Positions 37,285-48,423 of a DNA stretch of 64,000 nucleotides are shown here, piece by piece. The notes under the pieces were generated by a model. It ran no database searches, was not told where the DNA came from, and saw only the letters and a list, made by a program, of their open reading frames with translations. The translations under genes and the position numbers were made by a program. Origin of the DNA: Macrostomum lignano (Eukaryota); assembly GCA_002269645.1 (NCBI GenBank), contig NIVC01003999.1:1836-65835 (forward strand), given 5' to 3'. Positions within the stretch are counted from its first letter, which is position 1; the number at the start of each line of letters is the position of its first letter.

Positions 37285-38384
37285 ATGTTCCTTCAGATCA
37301 GAAAGACCAAGGAGTACCTGCCCCGACAGGCCACTCCAGTGGAGACATATAGACAGCTTCATCGATTCACTGAGGATCACGTGACCTTTCTGACAACGCG
37401 CTTCCTAGGACATACTTCCGAGACAAGGGGCGGTGCGCTGACACCGAAACAGAAGATGGAGATCACGCTGCGGTACCTGAGCAACCCTGGCTTTCAATCC
37501 GGTGTTGCCAAGCAGACAGGTGTTCATCAAAGCACGGTGTCAAATGTTGTTTGGGACGTCCTGCAGAGTATCGCGCGGCTGTCTCACGAATGGATTCAAT
37601 TTCCACAGGAAGGTGCTTCAGCGAACCGTGCTAAGGCACAGTTCACTGAAGCAATGGGCTTCCCGTCGGCCATCGGGGCAATTGACTGCACGCATGTGAG
37701 GATCGAAAAGCCCTCAGGAGCAGCCGGTGACGAGTACATCAACCGGAAGGGGTTTCCCTCCATCAATGTTCAGGCAACGTGCTCCGAGAAGTGCGTGTTC
37801 ACTAGTTTGGATGCGAGTTGGCCTGGCTCGGTGCACGACAGTAGAGTGCTCAAGAACTCGGCGCTGTACGCGTGAGTACCTCGTATTCATACTTAGAATC
37901 TGATTCCAAGTGGGCAAATGGTAAACTTTATTTATTTTACGTAGCAAGTTAAACACTTTCCAGTCATCTACTCACGACCAGAGTCAATTCTGGAGTGCTC
38001 CTCGGTGACTCTGGGTACGGAATCGCACCGTTCCTAATGACGCCGTATCCGCAACCCGAAACGGAGTAGCAACAACGGTACAATGTGCTACATGCCAGGA
38101 GCAGAGTCGTGATCGAGAGGTCGTTCGGGCAGCTCAAGAGAAGGTTCCCCATTCTGCGCTACGGTATCCGACTGCAGCTGCACAAGGCACCAACATGCAT
38201 CTTGGCATGCTTCGTGCTTCACAATGTCGCCAAGTTTCTGAATGAAGAAGACATAGACGATCCGCAATACATCGGTGATGCAGACGACCAGCTGACTAAT
38301 GAGGATGACAACGCTGGTGACGGAGCTCAGCAACTGCGTCTTCGCGGACAACAGCGGCGAAACGAGATCGCTGCTATGGTCTAG
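37285..38384 (+). pseudogene. Harbinger (HARBI1-like) DDE transposase, intron 37872-37963, premature TAG at 38067-38069
   Basis: GAIDCTHVRI, YINRKGFPSINVQ, WPGSVHDSRV, LLGDSGYG..PFLMTPY, HARSRVVIERSFGQLKRRF; GT-AG intron restores the frame. Confidence 0.9.
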
Positions 38385-38887
38385 TATACTGCATCTTTGG
38401 ACATTGGAACTCATGTGAAGGTGACAGGTGTTTACAAACATATTGTTCATAATGTTACCGTTGTACTAGTCCAAAAATGTAATCCACTTTACATGTACGC
38501 CTCGCCGATTCCGCCTTAGAGCGATTCTGGTATTATTTTCAGTAACAAGACGTGAAAACTATCTTCCACTTGACATAATTCACTTTTCTCAGATTGTCAA
38601 ACTTTGTTACATATCCTCTTAGTTGCTTTTTTCATATATATTTTGAAAAGAACAAGCAGTCGTAAGTATGTGATTTTCAGCCTTATAGCGATCAACAAAG
38701 CAACAGACAAATGTCTTCTCTTCGTCACATTTTTTCTGTCTAAATAACAAACAAGAAACAGTACAGTGGTACATATATGCGACTTTCAGCCTTAGAGCGA
38801 TCAACAAAACAACAAGTACCTATATGCTGTTCGTCGCATTTTTTCGGTCTGAATTACTAACAACAATTACTAACGTCTGCAGGGCCG

Positions 38888-39556
38888 TCAATCCTGGTAC
38901 CCGTTTCCGTACGACGGAGGGCGAAGAGCAGGTCTGCTCGCCTGAGACTCCATCACCAGTCGCCTTTTCAGTCTGACGTAGCGCAGCTGCTCCAGCAGCA
39001 CCAGTCGTTGCAAATCGGCGTTGCCCAACTTCTCCGTCTCCTCTGTCTCGCCAGACATGCGACGCTTCCTCGCTGGTTCCTTAGGCTGCACGGAGGGTGA
39101 ACGTCTCTCATCAGCTGGCTGTGGCGAGACGACGGTTGCACTTGCTTGGAATCCAGCCGCACTTGCCCCTGGAGTTTGCGACATTTTTGGATTCGAATCC
39201 GCGTCCATTATGCGGGCCAACCTGGATTCCCATGGAAGAAGTTTTATGGGACGATTCCCTGTCCTATTTCGATCCACCTTGCCCTTCATACGCGTCTTCA
39301 TGTTGGCGATCTTCTTCGATGTTTTGCCGGTCTCGAACAGCTTTCCTGTCAGCATTTCTAACTCAGCGCACAATGCTGCAATGGCCGCCTCCTTCTTCTT
39401 CTTCACGACGGGCGTGCTACTCTTTGATAAGAGAACCGGGTGCTTAGAGAGTACGTTGACAATGTAGTCGGCTTCCTCCTCGGCTTCCTGTTGACTTTCA
39501 GACTCGGCATCCGATGCGGCAGACATGTTTCTCGAGAGAAGATTGCGCGGTTTCAA
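38888..39556 (-). CDS. Harbinger Myb/SANT-like accessory protein
   Basis: Open 222-codon frame convergent with the transposase; HPVLLSKSSTPVVKKKKEAA...KKIANMKTRMK..RTGNRPIKLLPWE pattern. Confidence 0.75.
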   Translation of the reverse strand: MKPRNLLSRNMSAASDAESESQQEAEEEADYIVNVLSKHPVLLSKSSTPVVKKKKEAAIAALCAELEMLTGKLFETGKTSKKIANMKTRMKGKVDRNRTGNRPIKLLPWESRLARIMDADSNPKMSQTPGASAAGFQASATVVSPQPADERRSPSVQPKEPARKRRMSGETEETEKLGNADLQRLVLLEQLRYVRLKRRLVMESQASRPALRPPSYGNGYQD

Positions 39557-40186
39557 TGAAATCTGGTAGCATACTTCACTGGTAGGCTATTTACGTCGCT
39601 CAGCTTGCGAACGGTCCAAGGACACAGTTTTGTACACACGGCAGCTCCCATTTCTACCCCCCACGCAGCGTCTTATAACATGCTCGCAGTTTTTTTTGCA
39701 TTGTTTCTGGGCTCCTGCAAAGAGTAATCACGATATACATGTAAAAAATTGGCAACCATTCGATGCCAGGACGCTCAATCTCAGGGTAAAATTTCAAAGC
39801 AAAGTGACTTTCCTGTCACCTGATGTTCAGGTAAACTCCACATGGATTTTGCCACTTTCTAGTAGGATTTTTCTGGACGGATTTTCGGTGTTCAAGTGGT
39901 TTTAGCCATAGACACAGCATGGGCTGCGCCCAAGCTTGAGGAGATGGCCGTCAATTCCACGTCACCGACATCTTGGTTTGGGCCCTAGACAACTTTCAGC
40001 CAAGTGGCAGTCGCCGAGAAAATCTCACGAGCCGAGAAACTTTTATTCATGTCTTTTCTAGAATATCTTGACTCGTAAGATTTTCTCCAACAGATTTTCT
40101 TGCCGGAAAAGAATTTCTTTAAAGAAATTCTTGGCTCGAAAGATAATCTTTAAAGATTTTCTCACGTTTTATTCATACGGCCCATT

Positions 40187-40480
40187 GTATTGATAAAAAA
40201 TCCTTCAACGTCCCAGCTGAGTATTGCGTTTTGTCCTCACCTCCAGAATAAAAATTTTAAGTAGAAAATTCAGATCCGACTTGGAGAGTTCATCAGCGTC
40301 ATCTAAGTTTGCGCACCAGTTTACTTTCTGGGCCGCAGGCCATTCCTGGAAAGTCGAAAACATCCAGGCTCATTTCTTCAGCGTATTGGAGGGGATCGAG
40401 AGGGACCGTTCCTTGGACAAGTGCATCAAGTTCTTCTTCTGTAAGACTGACAAATCCGTGCCGTATTGTGCCCAGCAGTA
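40187..40480 (-). mobile_element. Crypton-type recombinase N-terminal relic cut by the Harbinger insertion
   Basis: FVSLTEEELDALV / IPSNTLKK*AWMFSTFQEW...ELSKSDLNFLLKIFILEVRTK / YSAGTLK across frameshifts, a pattern typical of DUF3504-like N-termini. Confidence 0.5.
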
Positions 40481-40699
40481 ATTAGATATGTAGTATATCA
40501 TCCAGAGGTTCAGGGCCCACCGTCAGCCACCCTTAAACTTTTAGAAGACTGATGGTAAGTAGAAAATATAGCATAGAGTTAAGGGGTGTATTTACTTAAA
40601 TCTCCTGAGTGCCGAAGACCGAAGGGTCTACGAAAAATACGCCCCGAAACTCTATGCTATGTTTCTCTTAAATTCCTGCGGTTGTGGCGATAAAAATAC

Positions 40700-41010
40700 A
40701 ACCCCGAGGCGGTGAGCAGTGGAAGTACCGGCAGGCAGGAAAGTGTCGTCGTGGATCGGAAGTAACAGGTGAGGGCCAACCCCGAGGAGGTGAGACGGAG
40801 TCAGCGGTGACGGATCGGCCGTGTCGTTGGAGACGGTGGTCAGCGGCCGGCAGTTGAGGATGGCCTCGATCTTGACGAGGAGAATGTGCAGTTCCTCATC
40901 GGAGATGCGCTTGCGCCAGAGGGCGGGACGAAGACTGGACTTCGTGAGGGCAACGAGGCGCTCGACCGCCCCTTGGTGTCAGGGGGCTCGGACTGGCGCG
41001 AACGTGAACA
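40700..41010 (-). mobile_element. BEL/Pao integrase C-terminal fragment
   Basis: FTFAPVRAP*HQGAVERLVALTK...DEELHILLVKIEAILNCRPLT...DPSPLTPSHLLG. Confidence 0.8.
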
Positions 41011-41086
41011 CCAGGGGTCGCGTGGCGGCGAGTGACCGGCCGGTTGTTGTGGAGCTTTTTCTAGAAGTCGGTGGCGATGTGGTTCT

Positions 41087-41422
41087 CTATGAACTTTCCC
41101 AGTATATGGACTGAGAAGGGCTTTTATCTCCAAGCTCTCTGCTGCAAGCGCTTCTGGTGAGAGCGGCCAGTGCGTGGTGGAATTTGGTGCTGGCGGAGCT
41201 GATTTCGGCCAGGGTGAATTGCGATTCGAATTGGCGGAACCAAATTTCGGGGGCTTGACGGTAGAACGGCGGTGGTCTAATTGTGGCGCGTTGTACAGAC
41301 GTGGTGTGATCTTCTCCGAAGAAGCTGCTGCAGGTGGAGTGTCTGATGGTGGCTGTTGACGCTGAGTGTCGTCCAGTGTCGTTGTCCTCAAGTGCTGGGA
41401 TTAAAAGCTCTGCTACCAATTT
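41087..41422 (-). mobile_element. Ty3/Gypsy 5' fragment: LTR end, tRNA-iMet primer-binding site and gag N-terminus
   Basis: ...GCTACA LTR end at 41422, 3-nt spacer, PBS TGGTAGCAGAGC (41418-41407); IRPPPFYRQAPEIWFRQFESQFTLAEISSASTKFHHALAAL gag motif. Confidence 0.75.
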
Positions 41423-43145
41423 GTAGCGTTAGGTTAACTGCTACAAGATTATTTAGTTGCATGCAAGATCGTTAAAAAACGAGCGAGGTTGCTAGTATAT
41501 TTTGTTACTGAGTTGGGGCTACTTAGTGCTGCGGCGAAAGGTAGCAAATTCTTTGTTCTTTTTTCTGCTTTCTGATAAAAGTAAACTAAGAACAGTCGTA
41601 ATAAATCCACAATCGTCGCCAATGTCTTATCTGAAGCATAGTAAGTGAAATTGGCCATCTGTACCACCAGTGTCAACAGTCAGCTTTGTGACTTTCGCTT
41701 TCTTCTGTGGGCCGTTCAAGCCGTAAACCATAGATTGCGTCTTCTCTAGCCGTAATTTTCAGCCATTGTCAAAAAGTTAGTTTCATAAAGGACTTCTTAA
41801 CGGCTGTAGCAAAAAAACTGCGGCTTACAGGGGTTTAGTCAGACATATGCGTCTCTGTGGCTAGACGCTGTTCTGCGGCCAACACACGAGCTCCTGAAAC
41901 AACTCTTTATTGATCGTCCGCGACACTCTGCAAAAAACGCGGCAAACCGAAGGCGCTGACAGCCTATGAGCATCACTAACGATTTGATAGAAGCTTTTTT
42001 AGCGTAGAAGCAAAGCGCTAGTAGCATTTGATCCCTGGGAAATAAGCGCAATTTCTCTGCGTAGCAGGTGCCAATCGGTGACAAATCCGCAAAAAAAAGT
42101 GCTGGGCAGTCGTGGGACTCAGCCTGAAATGCTGCATAACGCTGCGAGTGGCTAACTAATGGCTGATAATGTTAGTTAGCAGTGGTTGGTTTTTTATGAA
42201 GTTTAATTCCTTACCCCTGTAGAGTATTATATCTCCCAGAAAAGTTATTTAAAATTGTTAACGTACTACTTAAATAGTAGTAATTTGAGGAGCATGTATA
42301 AGGATATGCGCTGAACCATACATATATTCGAATTAACCAATAGAAAGAGAGAAATCTCGAGCATGCTAATTTTAGAAATCACCCAATCACGTGCGACCAA
42401 CAACTGTCAATTCAAACCCCACCTTCAAGTCATCATTTGGTTTGCACTCGGGTTGCACCCGGATGAACCAATCAAAGTCTACCAGCTACGGTAACCAATC
42501 ATGCGCTTTTACAGTAGACTAGTTGCGCAACTTTCTACCTTGTCATGCTTGACAGCCACCGAATCGTGACCCTTTGACATTTGCGAAGACAGTGATGTAC
42601 GACCTCGAGAGAGGTCTGAACGCCTATAAATACAAGTGGTCCGGAACGGACCCGGAGCCACAATTCCTCCGGAAGGAGAAGAGCTCCGAAGAGGAAGCCA
42701 CTACAGGACTTCCTACAGAAGACTCGTCGAGTTCTTGCGGTAAGCCTTACTCATTTGCGCCTGTGTTTTGAGACGTCTCGTTGGAGTTTAGTTTGAGTCT
42801 GTTGAGACTCCTGAGTCTGTTTAGACTTTACTGGTTGCAGTCTCCAGAAGGACTGCCCCTGATAGATCTTAGAAGACTATCAGTGGTTTCCGGAGCTATA
42901 CCTAGAGTGCATAGAGGCACTGCTAGAAGGAGTAGGCTTATGTTAAACCGCAGTTTGGCGCAGGGTACCCATTGTTAATTTGGAAGCTTCTTATTGGTCC
43001 GAACGACAGATACCGGCCGGCAAAAGAAGAAAAGAGAAACTCGGACCAGGACTACAAGTCGAGTCGAATTCAGGCCTGAACTACAGATCGAGATCTACAC
43101 GAGATCTACGAAGGACTAAAAGAAGGAGAGATATCTCATAAGAAG

Positions 43146-43493
43146 TCAAGGTAATTGAATACTTTCGTTTGAATTACTGGGTTGCCTAGCTAAAGAGCTA
43201 GAAGTGATTGTTCTTTGATTACCGAAGTCGGGTAATAAGGAACACATCACCCCTCCAACAGCGACTTTAGCTGTTTGCCCGACAGCACTTTTCCGTAGGA
43301 CCATGTTAGCGGAATGGGCGACGCTCGCCTCCCCGCTGCGTCTTCGGACCGCCCTGCAGGTGAGTAGGACCATGTGCTCTGGAATTGAATGTATCATTGT
43401 ATCAGTTGTCCTTGATCCTTGTGCGTCTATTCCGTCTGCATTGCTTTCCCATGGCGGTACGCACAGTGTATGAGCGTTCTGGATGAGTGTCAT
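43146..43493 (-). mobile_element. BEL/Pao aspartic-protease-like fragment
   Basis: GQTAKVAV....SLLPDFGNQRTITSSSLARQ resembles the LQTAxV...LLDxGSQRSxIT..LA motif. Confidence 0.5.
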
Positions 43494-43656
43494 CTGGATC
43501 CTTCACTTCCGCGGGTACCCATTGTTGCTTGTCTTCGTACAACCAGACTTGTTGACCTGGTTTCAGTTGTTGTAGATCTTTTGCTCCTTGGGCGTAGCAA
43601 ATTGCATTTTTCTACTTGACGGCGTTCAAAGTTTCAAGATTTTTTCTTCATCTATA

Positions 43657-44348
43657 CTGTCCGTCAAAAGTTCCGGAACCCTTGCTACGATGTCTTCTAG
43701 CGGACATAATTTCAGTCCGTTTCAATTGTAACTTGATTCAAATGAAAGCTGCGGATCTCAGCTCCATGATGTGGTCAAGAAAAAGTTTATTCGAAGGAGC
43801 GCGTGTGAACAGGCCAGTGTTATGTACATAAAGGTTAGAGAAAAAAGTGAAGAAAAGACAAACAAGCAATTGTCTATGGTTGCTGAGTCTATGGAGCAAA
43901 CACACAGGGCTATTTACACACTTGCTGCCGGCACACAAAAACAGATGGCGTCCTGAATTTAAACGGAAGAGTAATTCTCAATAGCGAGTCGCGCCGCCCT
44001 GTGCACGAATTACAGCTTCGCAGCTTACAGCTTACAGTTTTGGCCATAGACTAATGTTAGCCAGGCTGAACACTGCGCGCAAACCGATTCCTTCCCATGT
44101 GTGTTTGCTCCATAGACTCAGCAACCATAGACAATTGCTTGTTTGTCTTTTCCTCACTTTTTTTCTCTAACCTTTATGTACATAACACTGGCCTGTTCAC
44201 ACGCGCTCCTTCGAATAAACTTTTTCTTGACCACATCATGGAGCTGAGATCCGCAGCTTTCATTTGAATCAAGTTACAATTGAAACGGACTGAAATTATG
44301 TCCGCTAGAAGACATCGTAGCAAGGGTTCCGGAACTTTTGACGGACAG
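43657..44348. mobile_element. Foldback MITE copy 1 (about 245-bp inverted arms, TA/TATA flanks)
   Basis: TATA|CTGTCCGTCAAAAGTTCCGG...CCGGAACTTTTGACGGACAG|TATA; near-perfect arms; second copy at 47837. Confidence 0.92.
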
Positions 44349-44566
44349 TATATGATCTATGTTCTCTTCAGTATTAGGTCTTCAACCGGTAATGCCAGCT
44401 TGTATCTCAGTTTTCTTCCCGCGAGGAGTTCAGATGGTGTTGGCAATTCGCGTTTGATAGGTGTATTCCGATAATGAAGCGAAGCTGTTTGGAAATCTTC
44501 AGTGTTGTTTGATTGAAGCGTGCAAGAATGCCATTCCCGCACGCCTTTGCGTGCCGGAATGCTTTT

Positions 44567-46297
44567 GTCTATGGAAAAATTTCACTTGTGGCTACACAAA
44601 AATTAGTGCAGGGATGCTGCGGCATTCCTGAACCCCATGGAACGAATGTATTTAAACATAGTGAAACGTAGAACAAGGATGAAATTGCAAAGTGACGATA
44701 AATTTAAAGAAGTAACGCTAAGGTCAGCATGAAGTCAATATCGGAGCGTAGTAGACTGCATCACATATCACTCAAATGTGAACTCCACCACGTTGCGTTC
44801 GCCGTTAGCTACGATCTTCATGCGCTTCGTTAAGGCAGTAGAAACCGTCACTTGACGTTGTTGTGATGACACGGTTATCAGTAGAAACCGGTGCCAAAGC
44901 AGTCTCACTGCCACCGAACTGCACGTTGTCGCTGTCAGTCAGGGCACGCGTCAGTTGCCCGCTCATGACTGCGATGATTGTCTCTCTCTTCTTTCCGCGA
45001 CGGATGTAGCGCTCCACGGATGTGGACGACTACGAAACAATATATGGTAATGATAGTATCAGTATGACATGACTGACATGAATCAAAATTAGAGCAGAAT
45101 AAGGACGAAAAATGCGCTGACCTTATGACCTGTGGCCTTCGCGATTGTTTCGATTGCAAAGCCGGATTCATGAAGAGTGGTTACGACCGTCGGACGTACG
45201 CAGTGGGCGGTTTACACCCTGGAGAGCTGGGCATTGGTAGAAATCTTTTTCAGCAGAGGCCCGAGAGTGTTGACGCCGACTGGTTGCTTTGTGTACCACA
45301 CACCGTCTGGACCGACTCGAGACTTTGGCCGCAGGAAAACGTCGCGTCCGTTCCAATCGGGAACGTCGTTGATCTAGGCTTTGTAGAGCAGAAAAGCACG
45401 AACCAGACATTTTGCAGCTACTGACGTCGCCACCATCATCGCTTCCTTGTTGTCGTCGCACTCCCTCATGTCGGTGGAACCATGCACATTCTTTGATGTA
45501 CCGCCCTGCAGCTTGATTTCAAACGACCCATTGGCCAGTTTTACCTGGCTGAACGACTGCATGGTGATTCCACGAAGCCACTCTCTGCGCCGATTGCCAA
45601 AGTAGTATAGCAGATTGAAGTACACCTCCTCCTGAAGTCGCGACGGTGTTGCCCTGTCGAAGTATGCACTAAACTTGATCAAGTCGTCAGATTCTATGGC
45701 CCCGTAGTGGCGGATCCGACCACCATTCTGCAAAAAAGCGTTGCAGACATACTTGATCATCAGGTTAGCCGCATGAAAAGCTGGATCCGCAATGATGTCG
45801 AGGCCACGCAGCTTCATGAAGTAGCGGAAAAGAGCGGCACGTATCCCAACGATAGTATTCGGGGAATAGAACGTCCCCATCCGCCTTCCGCTGGTGAGCG
45901 TAGAAATAGCGAACGTTCTTAGCCACATCCTCCACTGGAGCATCTTTGTAGTCTAAGCGGAGGTTGTTATCCGCCAATCAGGCCGTGAACCTCCGGACAA
46001 TCGCCTCTTCCTCCGCGACACTAGACTTGCATTGGTTATCTCGTTCCAGTTGCCGAGCCAGTTCCTCAAGCTCGTCCAGGTTGCACAGCGACTCGGCTCG
46101 ATAGCCAATAGCTGCTCCAGCTCCGCATCAGTACTGTTGGGCATGCTTAACGACAAAGCCAGCACTTCTTCGCTCTCTCTTTCCAGCTTGCTCTCCGTTG
46201 ACACAATTGCCAGCGCCTCCGTTGTACAACCACTTACAGAGCAGTAGTTGAAGTCAACTAGTGGAGGTGCTATGGTGGAGTTAATAATTGCAGCCAT
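44567..46297 (-). pseudogene. Crypton-type (DUF3504-like) tyrosine recombinase gene and its 3' end; intron 45121-45030; frameshifts and a premature TAA at 45214-45212
   Basis: RYFYAHQRKADG-FYSPNTIVGIRAALFRY...LQEEVYFNLLYYFGNRRREWLR...TSKN...WYTKQPVGVNTLG...TAHCVRPT...ATGHK|SSTSVERY carries the R-K-HxxR-H-Y catalytic set; CDS ends at 44805; GTCTATGG end motif at 44567. Confidence 0.85.
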
Positions 46298-47836
46298 GGC
46301 TCAGCTCTAAAGCTATGAAACTATTAATTAAGCTCCCTCCAAGGACAACTTGATAACTCAGGACCGGAAACGGGAAACCGGAAACGAGCCAATTCATGGC
46401 GAAAAAAGTATGAGGCTCTTTTAAAAGCATTGTTCTATGGCCCATCCGTATGCGCATGCTTTCAGTTGCCAATGTATACTCGTATCATATTTGACTTTTT
46501 GATAGGCAGTCAGAAGGCGGGTGCAGGGTCGGTTTTTTTAAATGTTGAATAGTTTTATTACATAAAGTAAACGTCGTGAAAATACACAATGGGAAGGCTG
46601 TACATGCAGCACATGTATAAGGAAACTCGAGAAAAATTTACGATTCTTTCTTCATCTGAACTACAAACAGAGAGGAAAATAACAGTCACAGAACGGGACA
46701 AGAGCTGACTATGATAAATAGTGAAGTGTTTGCTCCAGGTTCGCTCACTGTCCACTCAGCTTCAGTATTTTTCTATCGTGCACTTTATCCGGCGAAGGAG
46801 CGCTCTTTGCTCCTCGTTGAACATAACCCTTGAAGAAACAGTTGGTGAGGCGCACGCAGCATCCCAGAACATCTGCTTCAGGGAAGTAAAACTCGCCAAC
46901 GGCAGGAAACAATTTCCGCACTCGCAAAGCACATTACGGTGATCGGAGCGAAATGAAGCATCCAAAACAGAGGCAAGCAAAATTGAACAGCCACTTTGGC
47001 GGGTGCTTCAACTTTCCCCGGGAAATCATTTCAGTGAATTCACCGAGTGGGGTGTTTAAATTTTCGGCAGGATCTTCACCGGCAATTTTCTCCTTAAGCT
47101 TTATGTAGCCTGAAATGTTATTATTATGCTGTGCATTATCTGTGCAGAACTGCTAATCAGGTAAAGCAAAGCAGATTGGTGCATAGTGGCAATGTCGTAT
47201 CGTCGATTGTTTGGGTGCGTTGTGGCGAACTCGAGTAGCTTCAGGATGAATGTAACCGATGTGTCCGGTACAACTCCATCGTGGTTAAAGGCAATAGAAA
47301 GGTTCTTAGATAATGCCCTCACTTCACTTTCGACGTCCACTGTAGAGTTTTTACAACGATTTATGATAGCTTCAAGTTGCGACCAATACTTTAATGTTGG
47401 TTGAAATCCAAGCAGATCTCGAACCGCAACTGGTGAGTTTAACCGAAAGCATCGCATGGAATAGTTTGGTGAAACGAAAACTCGCAGAACCATTTCGGCA
47501 TTGGCGCTTAACCACTAGTGCACGGGGCTTCTATAGCCACACAGTCTCAATCAACGGATGGCACGCTAGGCGTGCCATGGCTTATCAAATTGTCAATGAG
47601 CAATTCCCCACTGTCAATGAGCACTGTGTCAGCAAACGGCTAATTACATAAACTATTAGCACAGACTGTCTAACTTGGCAGCTTCTTTTTCCATCAATCG
47701 AGTCATTTTACGCAGCCCTATCCTGGAGACTGTATATGGCCAATATCGACCCCTCTTGCTTTTCTTTTACAGTATTTTTTTTCAAAAACCAAGCTCCACT
47801 GATTGACTCTCTGGAGTAGAACTTTATGATTTTATA

Positions 47837-48423
47837 CTGTCCGTCAAAAGTTCCGGAACCCTTGCTACGATGTCTTCTAGCGGACATAATTTCAGTCCGT
47901 TTCAATTGTAACTTGATTCAAATGAAAGCTGCGGATCTCAGCTCCATGATGTGGTCAAGAAAAAGTTTATTCGAAGGAGCGCGTGTGAACAGGCCAGTGT
48001 TATGTACATAAAGGTTAGAGAAAAAAAGTGAGGAAAAGACAAACAAGCAATTGACTCTCCCATGAAAGCTGACTGCACAAGAATCCATAAGAGCCTGTTG
48101 ATTTCAACACAAGTTTTGGCCATAGACTAATGTTAGCCAGGCTGAACACTGCGCGCAAACCGATTCCTTCCCATGTGTGTTTGCTCCATAGACTCAGCAA
48201 CCATAGACAATTGCTTGTTTGTCTTTTCCTCACTTTTTTCTCTAACCTTTATGTACATAACACTGGCCTGTTCACACGCGCTCCTTCGAATAAACTTTTT
48301 CTTGACCACATCATGGAGCTGAGATCCGCAGCTTTCATTTGAATCAAGTTACAATTGAAACGGACTGAAATTATGTTCGCTAGAAGACATCGTAGCAAGG
48401 GTTCCGGAACTTTTGACGGACAG
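47837..48423. mobile_element. Foldback MITE copy 2 (same arms as 43657-44348, different core)
   Basis: TATA|CTGTCCG...CGGACAG|TATA; about 215-bp arms nearly identical to copy 1. Confidence 0.92.

Larger units (their letters stand above)
36990..40183. mobile_element. Full-length PIF/Harbinger DNA transposon (3194 bp)
   Basis: Perfect 16-bp TIRs GGGCCGTATGAATAAA / TTTATTCATACGGCCC, 3-bp TSD ATT (36987-89, 40184-86), mirrored subterminal TTTCTTG/CAAGAAA repeats, and convergent transposase and Myb genes. Confidence 0.93.

Noticed and set aside
38067-38069. Programmed read-through of the TAG in the Harbinger transposase
   Set aside because: A single C>T transition from CAG explains it; no recoding signal seen.
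44568-46440. Crypton bounded by direct TCTATGG repeats at 44568 and 46434
   Set aside because: The 46434 copy (CCATAGAAC) lies inside the about 100-bp inverted repeat shared with 54719-54812, and other copies show inverted rather than direct end motifs. Kept only as an alternative model.
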